Positions 44,377 to 64,000 of a DNA stretch of 64,000 nt are shown in pieces; within the stretch, counting starts at the first letter, position 1, and the number at the start of each line of letters is the position of its first letter. The stretch comes from the human T2T-CHM13v2.0 reference genome, Homo sapiens, in NCBI RefSeq assembly GCF_009914755.1, contig NC_060947.1. One strand, 5' to 3'. The notes beneath the pieces are model-generated. The model was not told where the DNA came from. It searched no databases and saw nothing but the letters and a program-made list of their open reading frames with translations. Made by a program: the position numbers and the translations under genes.

Positions 44377-44857
44377 CTATGTAACAAGCTGGCAGAAATT
44401 CTCAGGATAGGCAAAAAGATAAGAACCAAAGAACATATCCTTCCCTTTCTAAGTCATAAAAATTACTTCCTGTGAATGAAAAGCCAAAACTTTGCATTAC
44501 CAGGCCTTGCTATTGATAGTTTACTTGGCCAGTGTATTCACAGAGGGAGGAAGCATTGTCACATGGCAAATAACCAGATTACACCCATAGTCTGGTTGGC
44601 AGGATTGTACAAGGGTGCCTGACTAATCAAGAGTCCACCTGCTTATTTCTTTTCATTAGAATCTAATATATTTGCTGTATAGAATTTAGAAAGTTAAGAA
44701 AAGCGCAAAGAAAATAATCTCACTGCTCAGAGATAACCACAGCAGAATTTTGATATGTAATTTAGCCTGTCTTTATATATCTGTATTTTTTATAATTTGG
44801 GTTATATAATACAACATCATTTTGTAACCAGCTTTTTCCACTTAATACAACATCATG

Positions 44858-44922
44858 GTGCTCGCTTTGGCAGTACATATACTAAAATTGGAATGATACA
44901 GAGAAGGTTAACATGGCCCCTG
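44858..44922 (+). pseudogene. 3'-truncated U6 snRNA pseudogene (U6 nt 1-65)
   Basis: GTGCTCGCTTTGGCAGTACATATACTAAAATTGGAATGATACAGAGAAGGTTAACATGGCCCCTG; ACAGAGA box retained. Confidence 0.93.
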
Positions 44923-45086
44923 TATAATATATGCATGTTTTTAAAATACATCCTGAACATGAATTTTTAATGGTTACCTGGTGGCCCATATTACCATAGT
45001 ATTGTCCTCTTTTGTTAGATATTGAATTGTTTTTAGTAAATAGCACTTTATGGAACATCCTTATATATACACTCATAATGAAATGA

Positions 45087-45218
<132 letters not shown>

Positions 45219-45352
45219 TGAGTAGCTGGGACTACAGGTGTGTGCCACCACCCCCAGCTAATTCTTGTATTTTTTTTTTTTTTTTTTTTTTTTGTGGAGC
45301 CTAGGTTTTGCCATGTTGGCCAGGCTGGTCTTGAATTCCTGACCTCAAGTGA

Positions 45353-45639
<287 letters not shown>

Positions 45640-46074
45640 TGAACTCCTGACCTCAGGTGATCCGCCTGCCTTGGCCTCCTAGAATACTGGGATTACAGGC
45701 GTGAGCCACCGCGCCCGGCCTGATCAGGGATTTATTTATTTTTATTTTTTTGAGAATATGTTTAGAACTAGAATGGATGGTTCAAGAGATAATCATATAT
45801 TTAAGACTTTTAGAACATATATTGCCAGATTACCTTCCAGAAAAGATGTACCAGTTTTTAGTTCTAACAGGCAAATGCCTCTTGCTTCATACTCTCCAGC
45901 CACTGCGTTTTCGTTGTTGGTAGTAATGTTGACCTTTGCCAAATAGGATAAAAATGTTATCTTTTAAAGTGTTTATTTCTTTGATTATTAATGAGGTTTA
46001 ACATTGTTGCATATGTTTGTTGACCATTAATATTTCCCACTTGTAAATTTGCCTGTTTTCTATCAACGTATTAA

Positions 46075-46443
<369 letters not shown>

Positions 46444-47650
46444 TGACCTGTTGTATAGGCTGAAGTGCAGTGACGCAGTCACAGCTCACTGTAACCTGGA
46501 ATTCCTTGGCCTACATTGCCCAGTCTGGTCTTAAATTCCTGGGCTGAAGTGATTCTCCCGCCTTAACCTCCCAAAGTGTTGGGATTACAGGGGTGAGCCA
46601 CCGCATGTGACCTCATGCTGCTTTTTTTTTTTTTCCAACTACTTTAGTCAGATGCTTCTTGAGACTATTACTAGTCAAAAACAAGATAGATTAAATGGAG
46701 GTAGTGACAGGACACTGCCCTGTTTGAGGCCATCTATTATTGGTGTGAAAAGCAAACATTACATAAGTAGGTTTAGATAGAAGGTCATTCACTCCAGCAT
46801 TGTTCATAATAGTAAAAAACTAGTCAAACACAGTGGTTCACGCCTATAATCACAACACTTTGGGAGGCCAAGTCAGGAGTATAGCTTGAGTCCAGGAATT
46901 CCAGACCAGCCTGTACAGCATAGAGAAACCACATCTCTAAGAAAACTTTTTAAAATTAGCAGGGCATGGTGGCATGTGGCTATAGTCCCAGCTACTCAGG
47001 AGGCTGAGGTGGGAGGATTGCTTCAGCCCAGGAGGTCGAGGTTACAGTGAGCTATGATCACACTACTGCACTCCAACTCGGGCAACAGAGCAAGGCCTTG
47101 TCTTTTAAATAAATAAATAAATAAATAAAAAGGAAAATAATATGAGTAAACTCTACCCATCAGTGGTAAATACCACATATTTCTATCAATGTTAGGCAGT
47201 CTTCCTAGAATAATCCCATTAAAGAAAATCCAAAATCGTTGTATGAAAAAATACACAGGTTTGTTCCATGTGTAAAAATCTTTTAATCTTGGTACATTTT
47301 TTATCAAAAACATTCACACTACTTGAATACATTAAAAGAGTACAAAAGCATTCCAATGTACATATGGACACACAAAACACAGGGAATGCTTTCTAGTGAA
47401 ATTAGGAGTAAATACAAGAATGTTAAAGGAGAGAGTCTCATATTACCAGAGTCAGTGAATTAATTGCCTTTTTTTTTTTTTTTGAGACAGAGTTTTGCTC
47501 TGTCACCCAGGCTGGAGTACAGTGGCATGATCTGGGCTCACTGCAACCCCCGCCTTCTGGGTTCAAGTAATTCTCATATCTCAGCCTCCTGAGTAACTGG
47601 GATTATAGGCATGCACCACCACGCCTGACTACTTTTTGTATTTTTAGTAG

Positions 47651-47980
<330 letters not shown>

Positions 47981-48154
47981 TAGCAACAGAAGAACAACAT
48001 TAGAAATAAGAATACTGGGAACATAAGAACTGAGGTCCTCCAGTACCAAGAGATAGAATCAAACTTTTTCTCATTAGAATTTAAAGAATATAGCCACGCA
48101 CGGTGGCTCACACCTGTAATGCCAACACTTTGGGAGGCTGAGGCGGGTGGATCA

Positions 48155-48403
<249 letters not shown>

Positions 48404-48624
48404 TTAAAGGAAAAATTCACTGGGCTCTGTGAAACAGGTTAAATATGTAACCACTTCAAACAGAAATGACTTAGTCCTCTCACCTAGTTCTGAAAATGTA
48501 CTAACATCCCATTTTCCATATCAAAAGCACGTAATTTCATTAGCAAAAGCCTCTTTGTTTTAGACTTAAAATCACCTCTGATCCACCAAAGTTTATGCAG
48601 TTACCAAACTACTATTTTAATAAC

Positions 48625-48850
48625 ATTTTGACAGCTTTATTAAGATAAAATTTATATACCATAAGATCCATTTAAAGTATATAGTTCAGTGGCTTTTAGT
48701 ATATGCAGAGTTGTGCAACTATCACCACAATCTAATTTTAGAACATTTTCATTACTCCAGAAACAACCCCAGTAACCATTTGTAGTCACTTCCTATTTCC
48801 CCCTCCCCAGCCCTAGGCAACCACTAATCTACTTTCTGTTTCTATTTATT
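48625..48850 (-). mobile_element. L1MB-type 3' end fragment
   Basis: ACAGCTTTATTAAGATA...GAGTTGTGCAACTATCACCACAATCTAATTTTAGAACATTTTC...CCCAGCCCTAGGCAACCACTAATCTACTTTCTG. Confidence 0.8.
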
Positions 48851-49681
48851 TTAATAACATTTCAAACTTGTAATATTATTGTTCTCATGCTTATTCTGGG
48901 TCGTTGGCTCAGAGGTTTAAAAGCTCTTAAACTACCCAAATTTACAAGTCCTATGACATCCTCATTCAGAAAACATTCAAATGATGGTTTCATAATGTTA
49001 TGATAGTTCCATCTTCTAAGAGTTTTTGATCTGGAGCATATGTTTCAAATTCTATGTTTGTACTACTGCTAAATTCACTTAATTAGAAGAAGTAAAATCA
49101 TTCTATCGAGACTCAAGAATGAGTTTGTTCTGTTTATGTTAACGATTCCAGGCTTTTGATGGTAGGAATGGCTTTAGCAGTCTTCTGTGGCACACCATTA
49201 TCTTAAATAATATTGTCACCTTCCCCACTGTCTTCATCCTTTGGCTCAAAGTTTGGTTCAATCTGCTGTGGTTAGGCAAGAAGGCTATTATCAGCAGATT
49301 GGCTGGAGCTACCAGAAGTCTGACTGTTCCCAGTAACATTATTCTCCTGGTTGCTGGTCTCACTGTTAGGATGAGGTGGCTGCTGTTTGCACTCATCATG
49401 TCTGTTTACTTGATTGAGATGCTTCCCTGAAACTTATGTACCATCAACTTCTAAAAACTTCATCATTAACAGTTCATAGTTCTGTGCTGTGAGCCAGGCC
49501 TGGAACAAGCCAGGATATAAAAGATCCCTGGGATGCTCTCTAAGCCATGTGGTGTCTCCCTTAGGCTAGAACCATCCTGGATATAGAGTCCTAGGGGATG
49601 CTTAGTTCCTGGGAGAACATCCACATCTATGATTGAAGACACGGGTCTGAAGTCTTAGGGCATAGCAGTGACTGGATATAG

Positions 49682-49888
<207 letters not shown>

Positions 49889-49923
49889 TGAATGTTCAGT
49901 AGAGACGGGGTTTCACCGTGTTA

Positions 49924-50028
<105 letters not shown>

Positions 50029-50327
50029 TTAAGTGACAATATTATTAAAGACATTCTGGAGAAAAAGATCACCTATAATCCCGTCACCTTAACATTTTCT
50101 CGATTTATTTAATATTACTTTCCGAGTCTTGTCTATAAGTATACATTTTCATACAGTGGTAATCTGGCGTGCATTCTACCTTATATCCTTTTCCCCATTA
50201 AAATAACCTTTATTCTACGTATTTGAAAACCTTGGCTGGGCTCAGTGGCTCACGCCTGTAATCCCAGCACTTTGGGAGGCCGAGGCGGGCGGATCACGAG
50301 GTCAGGAGATCGAGACCATCCTGGCTA

Positions 50328-50734
<407 letters not shown>

Positions 50735-50838
50735 TCAAGAGGCGGAGGTTGTGGTGAACCGAGGTCGTGCCATTGCACTCCAGCCTGGGCAACAAGAGTG
50801 AAACTCTGTCTCAAAAAAAAAAAAGAAAGAAAACCCTA

Positions 50839-51256
<418 letters not shown>

Positions 51257-52329
51257 TTAGCTGTCAACCTCCTCTCCTTGGCACCTCCTGGTGGCTCTCT
51301 TTACGCAGTTGACTGGACTAAATGTATGTACATACATGTATACTGTAAAACCTTACATATCACCATTGTAGAATCTCCCAAACCCTTCATTTAAACATGC
51401 ACCATTGCTTGCTGGTCCTTTTTGTCCCATTTTTTGCTTCCATAGTGCTATTTTCCCAACTACTGTTACCCTTAAGATTCCTGACTTCCCAGCCCCTTTA
51501 TACCAAAAGCTTTCTTTGACATTTTTCTCTTTCCGTGCCTTCCTGCCTTTCCACTTACCCAGTACAAAGCCTGAAGATGCTTTCACAGAGAAGCCTTAAA
51601 TTATCCCAGCATACTTTATTGCACCCACACCTTTTCACTTCAAAAACCTTTTTGTCACCCTTGTCTAATATTCATACCCTATTTTCTTCTATATTCTCAA
51701 TTCATCTGCTCCATATATACTTGTTTTCTGTGGTATCATTTTCCCCACCTCCATTTCACTTAGATCCTATATTTTTTTACCCTATCTTACCCTTTTTGTT
51801 TGGTGCCTTCCTCCAAACCCAAGGTTTCTGTCTTTCATCAGTCATCCTTCCACCTTTCACTCTTAAACTCTGGTAATTCTGGTTTTCCTCCTTCTCAAAA
51901 AGCTCACACTCTGCTAATGTGTATATATTGTTCACTTGAGTGCTTCTAAATAAATATTTACTTTTCAAAACAGTGAAATCTGAACTATTAGCATGGAAAC
52001 AACCTCTGGGAAGATAAGATCTCCACTCAAAAGCTTCAAATTGAGATTCTCCTGCTCATGTTGAATGATGGTTTTATCTAATATTTTCTGAAATAGGGTG
52101 ACTACTTGAACTACACAAAATTGTGAAATGAGAATATCTTTGATTTTATACTTCTATTTTTTTTTTTTTTTTTGAGACAGAGTCTCACTCTATCACCCAG
52201 GCTGGAGTGCAGTGGCAGTCTTGGCTCATTGCACCCTCCACCTCCCAGGTTCAGGTGATTCTCGTCCCTTGGCCTCCCAAGTAGCTGGGATTATAGGCAT
52301 GTGCCACCACACCCGGCTAATTTTTGTAG

Positions 52330-52482
<153 letters not shown>

Positions 52483-52549
52483 TAAAATTTAACACCTCAG
52501 GGAAGGCAATTCTCATGTGTTTTGAATTATACTGAGCATTAATTCTTCA

Positions 52550-54560
<2,011 letters not shown>

Positions 54561-55027
54561 GCAAAAGAGCTGGCTAATTCTTCTCAAGAAATCAATTAAT
54601 GGCAGGGCGCGGTGGCTCACGCCTGTAATCCCAGCATTTTGGAAGGCCGAGGCGGGCAGATCACCTGAGGTCAGGAGTTCAAGACCAGCCTGACCAACCT
54701 GGAGAAACCCCGTCTCTACTAAAAAATACAAAATTAGCCGGGCATGGTGGCGCATGCCTGTAATCCCAGCTACTTGAGAGGCTGAGGCAGGATAATTGCT
54801 TGAACCTGGGAGGCGGAGGTCGCATGAACCAGTATCACACCATTGCACTCCAGCCTGGGCAGCAAGAGCAAAACTCCATCTCAAAAAAAAAAAAAATCAA
54901 TTAATGCACGCATAATATAGAGACAGAGTCATTGTTACCATTCTCTTATTTTGCCTTTGACAAGTTTATATTGAGCATGTTATCAGGCAATGTGGGAGAT
55001 TCTGGAGAACCAGGTTTGCCTCATAAC

Positions 55028-55170
55028 TAGGGTTACCATATACTCTAGTTTGCCTGGGGCAACCCTGATTTATGCCTGTTGTCCCAGTGTGATTATTACT
55101 AGTGTAATTTTTCACTTTGAGAAGTGTCCAGGTTTGGAGGATAAATTATCTTTCTAATAATTGATACCCT
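55028..55170. mobile_element. MER94-like hAT-Blackjack DNA transposon
   Basis: TAGGGTTACCATAT...GTTTGCCTGGG...TTTATGCCTGTTGTCCCAG...AAGTGTCCAGGTTTGGAGGATAAATTAT. Confidence 0.75.
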
Positions 55171-55899
55171 TCTCATAACCTAACGGGTTCCTTTTAGTAT
55201 TTTATCTGGGTTAAAATTACCAGCTGTAATTTGGCAGCTCTAATAAGACTGCAGCAATACTTATCTTCCATTTGAACAGATTGTTACTTGACCAAGGGAA
55301 GTTAATAGCAAAAGTAACTGCAGGGCACATGTATGTCATGGGCAAAAAAAAAAAAGTAACAGCAATTAAGGTTTGCAGGTACTTAGAATTTTTCCTGAGC
55401 CACCCTCTAGAGGGCAGTGTTACATATATATCTGTAATTATCCAGTTACAACAAAAAAAGGGCTCTCATTCATGCATGAAAATCAGAAATATTTCATACT
55501 CTTAAAGAACACATTGGAACCAATATTATGATTAAAACATATTTTGCTAAGCAAAGAGATATTAAAAATTAATTCATTAACATTCTGAACATTTTTTAAC
55601 TTGTAAAAACAACTTTGATGCCTTGAATATATAATGATTCATTATAACAATTATGCATAGATTTTAATAATCTGCATATTTTATGCTTTCATGTTTTTCC
55701 TAATTAATGATTTGACATGGTTAATAATTATAATATATTCTGCATCACAGTTTACATATTTATGTAAAATAAGCATTTAAAAATTATTAGTTTTATTCTG
55801 CCTGCTTAAATATTACTTTCCTCAAAAAGAGAAAACAAAAATGCTAGATTTTACTTTATGACTTGAATGATGTGGTAATGTCGAACTCTAGTATTTAGA

Positions 55900-56964
<1,065 letters not shown>

Positions 56965-57270
56965 TAGCTTCCCAAGTATGCCAGGGCTCATAAAAAGTAA
57001 ATAGATGCCCTTAGCCCCCTGAACTGGTAAATATTTAGGTATAACTTGGCATGATTATATATATATCTGTATTATTCCGTGAACTCTTATGTTGAACCTG
57101 TAATGTAACTACTGAATTTATGTGAAAAAGACTACCATATTATGAGTCATGCTTCTCTTCATGTAATTGTTTTTAGGAAGTAGATAACTTGCAAAAGATG
57201 GTAGACATCCCCAATAGCAAAATGGGTCTAATAGTAATATTAACCATCATTTATTGAGCACTTACTATAA

Positions 57271-57615
<345 letters not shown>

Positions 57616-58033
57616 TAATTTTTGTACTTTTAGTAGAGACAGGGTTTCACCATGGCCAGGCTGGTCTCGAACTCCTGACCTTGTGATCCGCCCGCCTTGG
57701 CCTCCCAAAGTGCTGGGATTACAGGCATGAGCCACTGCGCCGGCCATATGAGTACTTTCAAATGGACTGTGGTAGACATTTCAGGAAGGGCCATTGGAGT
57801 GATTGCTTCTAAAGATATTTTAAAAAGTTATACCATTATATATTTGACCCATTTATTTTAAGATTGAATAATGCCTATAAAATATTGGTTATTTCGAAAG
57901 ATTTTATTTATGTACCATCATATAGTAATCTTGAAGGTTTGTTTAGTGTCATGTAGCTATAAACTTAGAGAAACTTACAATTTCATTATGTAGAACTTTA
58001 ATGTTACTAATACTTGAAACATAACTTGTTTTA

Positions 58034-58381
<348 letters not shown>

Positions 58382-58404
58382 TCAGAAAAAAATAATAATA
58401 ATTA

Positions 58405-58786
<382 letters not shown>

Positions 58787-58959
58787 TTATTTTTGTCTTC
58801 TATAAAAATACCTCACATTGAATCAGTGAATTTAGTGTGTATTTCTTCCTCAAAGGATAAAAATCATATCTGTTACTTAGATGTGAATTTGAATGTCTTG
58901 TTTTAAGCTGTGAGATTTTCATGTTTTTTAGATGTGCTTAATTTTTAGGTGTTAAATGA

Positions 58960-59118
<159 letters not shown>

Positions 59119-59422
59119 TAAGATATTTAATTGTTCATTGTACAGGCAAGTTGGATAGCATGCAGTGGGAGACTTGAATTACTTTTTACCTCAACTATTT
59201 TTGCCTTCACTATGGCTTGAAATTCATGCTAGGTTTATAAAAATGAGCAAGGTTTATAAGCCTTCTCTGATGACCAAAAACATTCACTGCTTATGTGTGA
59301 TATCTATAACATTCAGATTATCCCTTTTTTTTTTTGAGACGAAGTCTCACTCTCTTTTGCAGGCTGGAGTGCAGTGGTGCAATCTTGGCTCACTGCAACC
59401 TCTGCCTCCCAGGTTCAAGTGA

Positions 59423-59709
<287 letters not shown>

Positions 59710-60330
59710 TGATCTCCTGACCTTGTGATCCGCCCGCCTCGGCCTCCCAAAGTGCTGGGATTCTGGCTAATTTTTGTATTTTTTAGTAGAGACAGGGTAT
59801 CACCATGTTGGCCAGGTTGGTCTTGAACTCCTGACCTCAGGTGATCGGCCCGCCTCGGCCTCCCAAAGTGTTGGCATTACAGGTGTGAGCCACTGCGCCT
59901 GGCCTCTAGATTATCCCATTTCTTTTTTTTTTTGAGATAGAGTTTTGCTCTTGTCGCCCATGCTGGAGTGCAATGGTGCTATCTCAGTTCACTGCAATCT
60001 CCGCCTCCTGGGTTCAAGTGATTCTCCTGCCTCAGCCTCCTGAGTAGCTGGGATTACAGGTGCCTGCCACCACGCCCAGCTAATTTTTTATATTTTTAGT
60101 AGAGACAGGGTTTGACCATGTTGGTCAGGCTGGTCTCGAACTCCCAACCTCAGGTGATCCACCCACATCAGCCTCCCAAAGTGCTGGGATTACAAGCATG
60201 CTCCACCTTGCTTGGCCTCTAGATTATCCAATTTTTAAATACAGATTAGGAAATGTGTGCTTTTTTGTTGTTGGAAGTAGGCTCTTTTATGATCAGCGTG
60301 AGAGCCCATATTGCCAAGGAGATTCCTTAA

Positions 60331-60622
<292 letters not shown>

Positions 60623-61630
60623 TAGCCAGGATGGTCTCGATCTCCTGACCTCGTGATCCGCCCGCCTCGGCCTCCCAAAGTGCTGGGATTACAGGCGTGA
60701 GCCACCGCGCCCGGCCCAGTTGTTCACATTTTAAGATCTCTGGTTGGAGTGTGGTGGCTCGTGCCTGTAATCTCAGCACTTTGGGAGGCTGAGGCGGGTG
60801 GATTGCTGGAGCCCAAGAGTTTGAGACCAGCCTGGGCAACATAGTAAGACCCTGTCTCTACAAAAAATACAAAAAAAAAAATTAGCCAGTCATGATGGCA
60901 CACACCTGTAGTTCCAGTTACTCATGAGGCTGAGGTAAGAGGATCACTTGAGCTGGGGAGGCAGAGGTTGTGGTGAGCTGATGCCACTGCACTCGGCGCC
61001 ACTGCACTCCAGCCTGGGCGACAGAGTGAGACACTGTCTCAAAAAAAAAAAAAAAAAACTAGCCGGGCATGGTGGCTTACGCCTGTAATCCCAGCACTTC
61101 GGGAGGCTGAGGCAGGGAGATCACTTCAGGTGAGGAGTTTGAGACCAGCCTGACCAACATGGTGAAACCCTGTCTCTACTAAAAATACAAAATTAGCCGG
61201 GCGTAGTGGTGCATGCCTGTAATCCCAGCTACTCAGGAGGCTAAGGCAGGAGAATCGCTTGAACCCGGAAGGCTAATGTTGCAGTAAGCCAAGATCGTGC
61301 CACTGCACTCCAGCCTGGGTGACAGAGCGAGACTCTGTCTCAAAAAAAAAAAAAAATAACAAAAGTCAAGGTGCTAATTTAATAACTTGTTTTAGAAAGT
61401 TCTCAAGTTGATATTTTTTGCTCTACTAATATTAGCATAGGTAGCATAACAGAGGGAACTTTTTTAACCTTAAAATGACAGTGGGATAGGGAATTGGGTA
61501 ACATTTTACTTTGTGGCTCCTTAGAAGTACTGAAAAGCAAGTTAATGGAATTAATAGAATTAATATGATGGAGATTATATCTTTGCTTATACTTCACTAA
61601 TTTATCAGCTACTAAAGTTTAATCTTTTAA

Positions 61631-61729
<99 letters not shown>

Positions 61730-62624
61730 TAATTTATATTTTCAAATTCACATTTCAAATTATAATTTATATTTTCATTATGTAGTTTATATTATATCAT
61801 TTGTTTTATAGTTATTTCTTCATGTGATATTCACAGTATAGTATTATAAATCAATATATGTGTACATTACATCAAAACACAAATTTTAAGTTAAAAACAA
61901 AATAATAAATGTATGATGGGCTTTAAAGATGAGAGCTAGCTGGGCAGTGTTTCACACCTGTAATTCCAACATTTTGAGAGGCCAAGGTGAGAGGATTGCT
62001 TGAGCCCAGGAGTTTGAGATCAGCCTAGGCAACATAGTGAGACCCTGTCTCTACAAAAAATTTTAAAAACCAATTAGCCAGACTTGTGGTACATGCCTGT
62101 AGTCCCAGCTACTTGGGCGGCTGAGGCGGGAGGATCGCTTGAGCCCAGAAGGTCAGAGGATTCAGTGAGCCAGGTTCATTCCACTGTACTCCAGCCTGAG
62201 TGAGAAAGGGAAACCCTATCTCTTAAAAAAAAAAAAAAAAAAAAGAGAGAGCCTAAAAAGTGTTTCTTATTCTTTACCTGAAGTAAATTTGTCAAAAGAT
62301 AATCAGGATGAACTGATTTAAGTATCATTGTAGGCAAAAATGGGCTTGAAGAACTAAAATATTAAAAGTCCCTTAGCCTTCTGAAATTAGATCTTTGTAT
62401 AATGTGCTTTGTACTCATAAGTAGTTTTAAGTTTTTGCAGACAATATTTAAAATCTCAAATATATCTAAATTGATAGGATGGGCGCTGGGCACGGTGGCT
62501 CACGCCTGTAATCCCAGCACTTTGGGAGGCCGAGGCAGATGGATCACCCAAGGTCAGGAGTTCGAGACCAGCTTGGCCAACATGATGAAACCCCGTCTCT
62601 ACTAAAAATACAAAAATTTAGCTA

Positions 62625-62765
<141 letters not shown>

Positions 62766-62829
62766 TCAAAAATAAATAAATTAAATAAATAAATAAATTG
62801 ATAGGATGAATTGAGGTGGCCAAGGCATC

Positions 62830-62985
62830 AGTAATAGGTGGAAAGAACCCTGGACTAAAATGGGAGACTAGAGTTGCCCCCAGTGACTCTACCTTGAAGT
62901 CATTCATTCTCCCTGGGCCTCAGCTTTTTGTTTGTAAAATGAAGGGATTAGATTAGATAATCTTATGACTTCCTTCTAGCTCCAT
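62830..62985 (+). mobile_element. MIR3-like SINE in intron 4
   Basis: GTGGAAAGAACCCTGGACT...CTGGGCCTCAGCTTT...TGTAAAATGAAGGGATTAGATTAGAT...CCTTCTAGCTC. Confidence 0.7.
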
Positions 62986-63130
62986 CAGGCTATGCCTCTT
63001 GTGAATATTCATATATTGAATTGGAATAAAGCCAATTTATTTTAAATTTATGATTAATTTCACTTTTCAAATGGAAATGATTGCCTCTACCAAAAATAAT
63101 TCTAACTTACAGTTCCTATTTCTGTTACAG

Positions 63131-63173
63131 GTAAGAACTACTGAGAAAACACCATCACTAACTAGAAGAATTG
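63131..63173 (+). CDS. XIAP: XIAP exon 5 (43 nt): VRTTEKTPSLTRRI; gene continues past the window
   Basis: Acceptor tctgttacag|GTAAGA, donor ATTG|gtaaat; translation matches the XIAP linker. Confidence 0.97.
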
Positions 63174-63202
63174 GTAAATATGCTTGTTAACTATCCTTTT
63201 AA

Positions 63203-63500
<298 letters not shown>

Positions 63501-64000
63501 TGAGCCACCGCACCCGGCCTTTAACTGCCAATTTATTATAGTTGTTATTTATGGGGTGGAAAGATAAGCATGTTCTTCCAAGGTCACCATGATATATTTA
63601 TTTCAGATGACATTACTATAAATTTAAGAATTTAGGCGGCCGGGCGTGGTAGCTCACGCCTGTAATCCCAGCCCTTTGGGAGACCGAGGCAGGCCAATCA
63701 CGAGGTCAGGAGATCGAGACCATCCTGGCTAACATGGTGAAACCCCGTCTCTACTAAAAATACAAAAAAAAAATTAGCTGGATGTGGTGGCGCACACCTG
63801 TAGTCCCACGTACTTGGGAGGCTGAGGCAGGAGAATTGCCTGGCCTGAACCCAGGAGGTGGAGGTTGCAGTGAGCCGAGATCATGCCATTGCACTCAAGC
63901 CTGGCGACAGAGCGAGATTCCGTCTCAAAAAACAAAAATGAAAAAAATAATTTAATGAAGTACTTATAAATTGCAGTCAGAGGCTGGGTGCAGTGGCTGA

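Noticed and set aside
49139-49399. 86-aa minus-strand ORF from the track (MMSANSSHLIL...)
   Set aside because: No recognisable domain; more likely the shadow frame of the decayed frame reported at 49203-49466.
49516-49523. TATAAAAG as an intronic TATA box
   Set aside because: A single short motif in an AT-rich intron with no supporting exon structure.

Overview
Human (primate) genomic DNA covering about 30 kb upstream of, and the 5' part of, XIAP (BIRC4, Xq25) on the + strand. It contains a CpG-island promoter (~30.1-30.9 kb) with at least two non-coding first exons, a ~25 kb intron 1, and coding exons 2-5 (56030-56938, 59018-59117, 61639-61717, 63131-63173; BIR1-BIR3 plus linker). The UBA/RING exons lie beyond the window. 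The rest is very Alu-dense, with old L1/L2/L3/MIR fragments, four ERV1 LTRs (MER39-like, MER4A, LTR10F-like, MER31), an MLT1, two small DNA transposons, two U6 and two Y-RNA retropseudogenes. Almost all ORFs in the supplied track are Alu artefacts. Best leads: (1) back-splicing of exon 2 (909 nt) or exons 2-5 (1131 nt) would give stop-free, in-frame circles encoding endless BIR repeats without the RING, and both are bracketed by inverted Alus; (2) exon 5 starts with GTAAGA and so rebuilds a strong 5' splice site after splicing; (3) an AP-1-bearing LTR10F sits in an AP-1/ARE-rich LTR cluster ~10 kb upstream; (4) a protein-like 88-codon antisense frame in intron 1 is broken only by two TAA codons. 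Repeat family names are from recall of consensus sequences and old-repeat boundaries are approximate.
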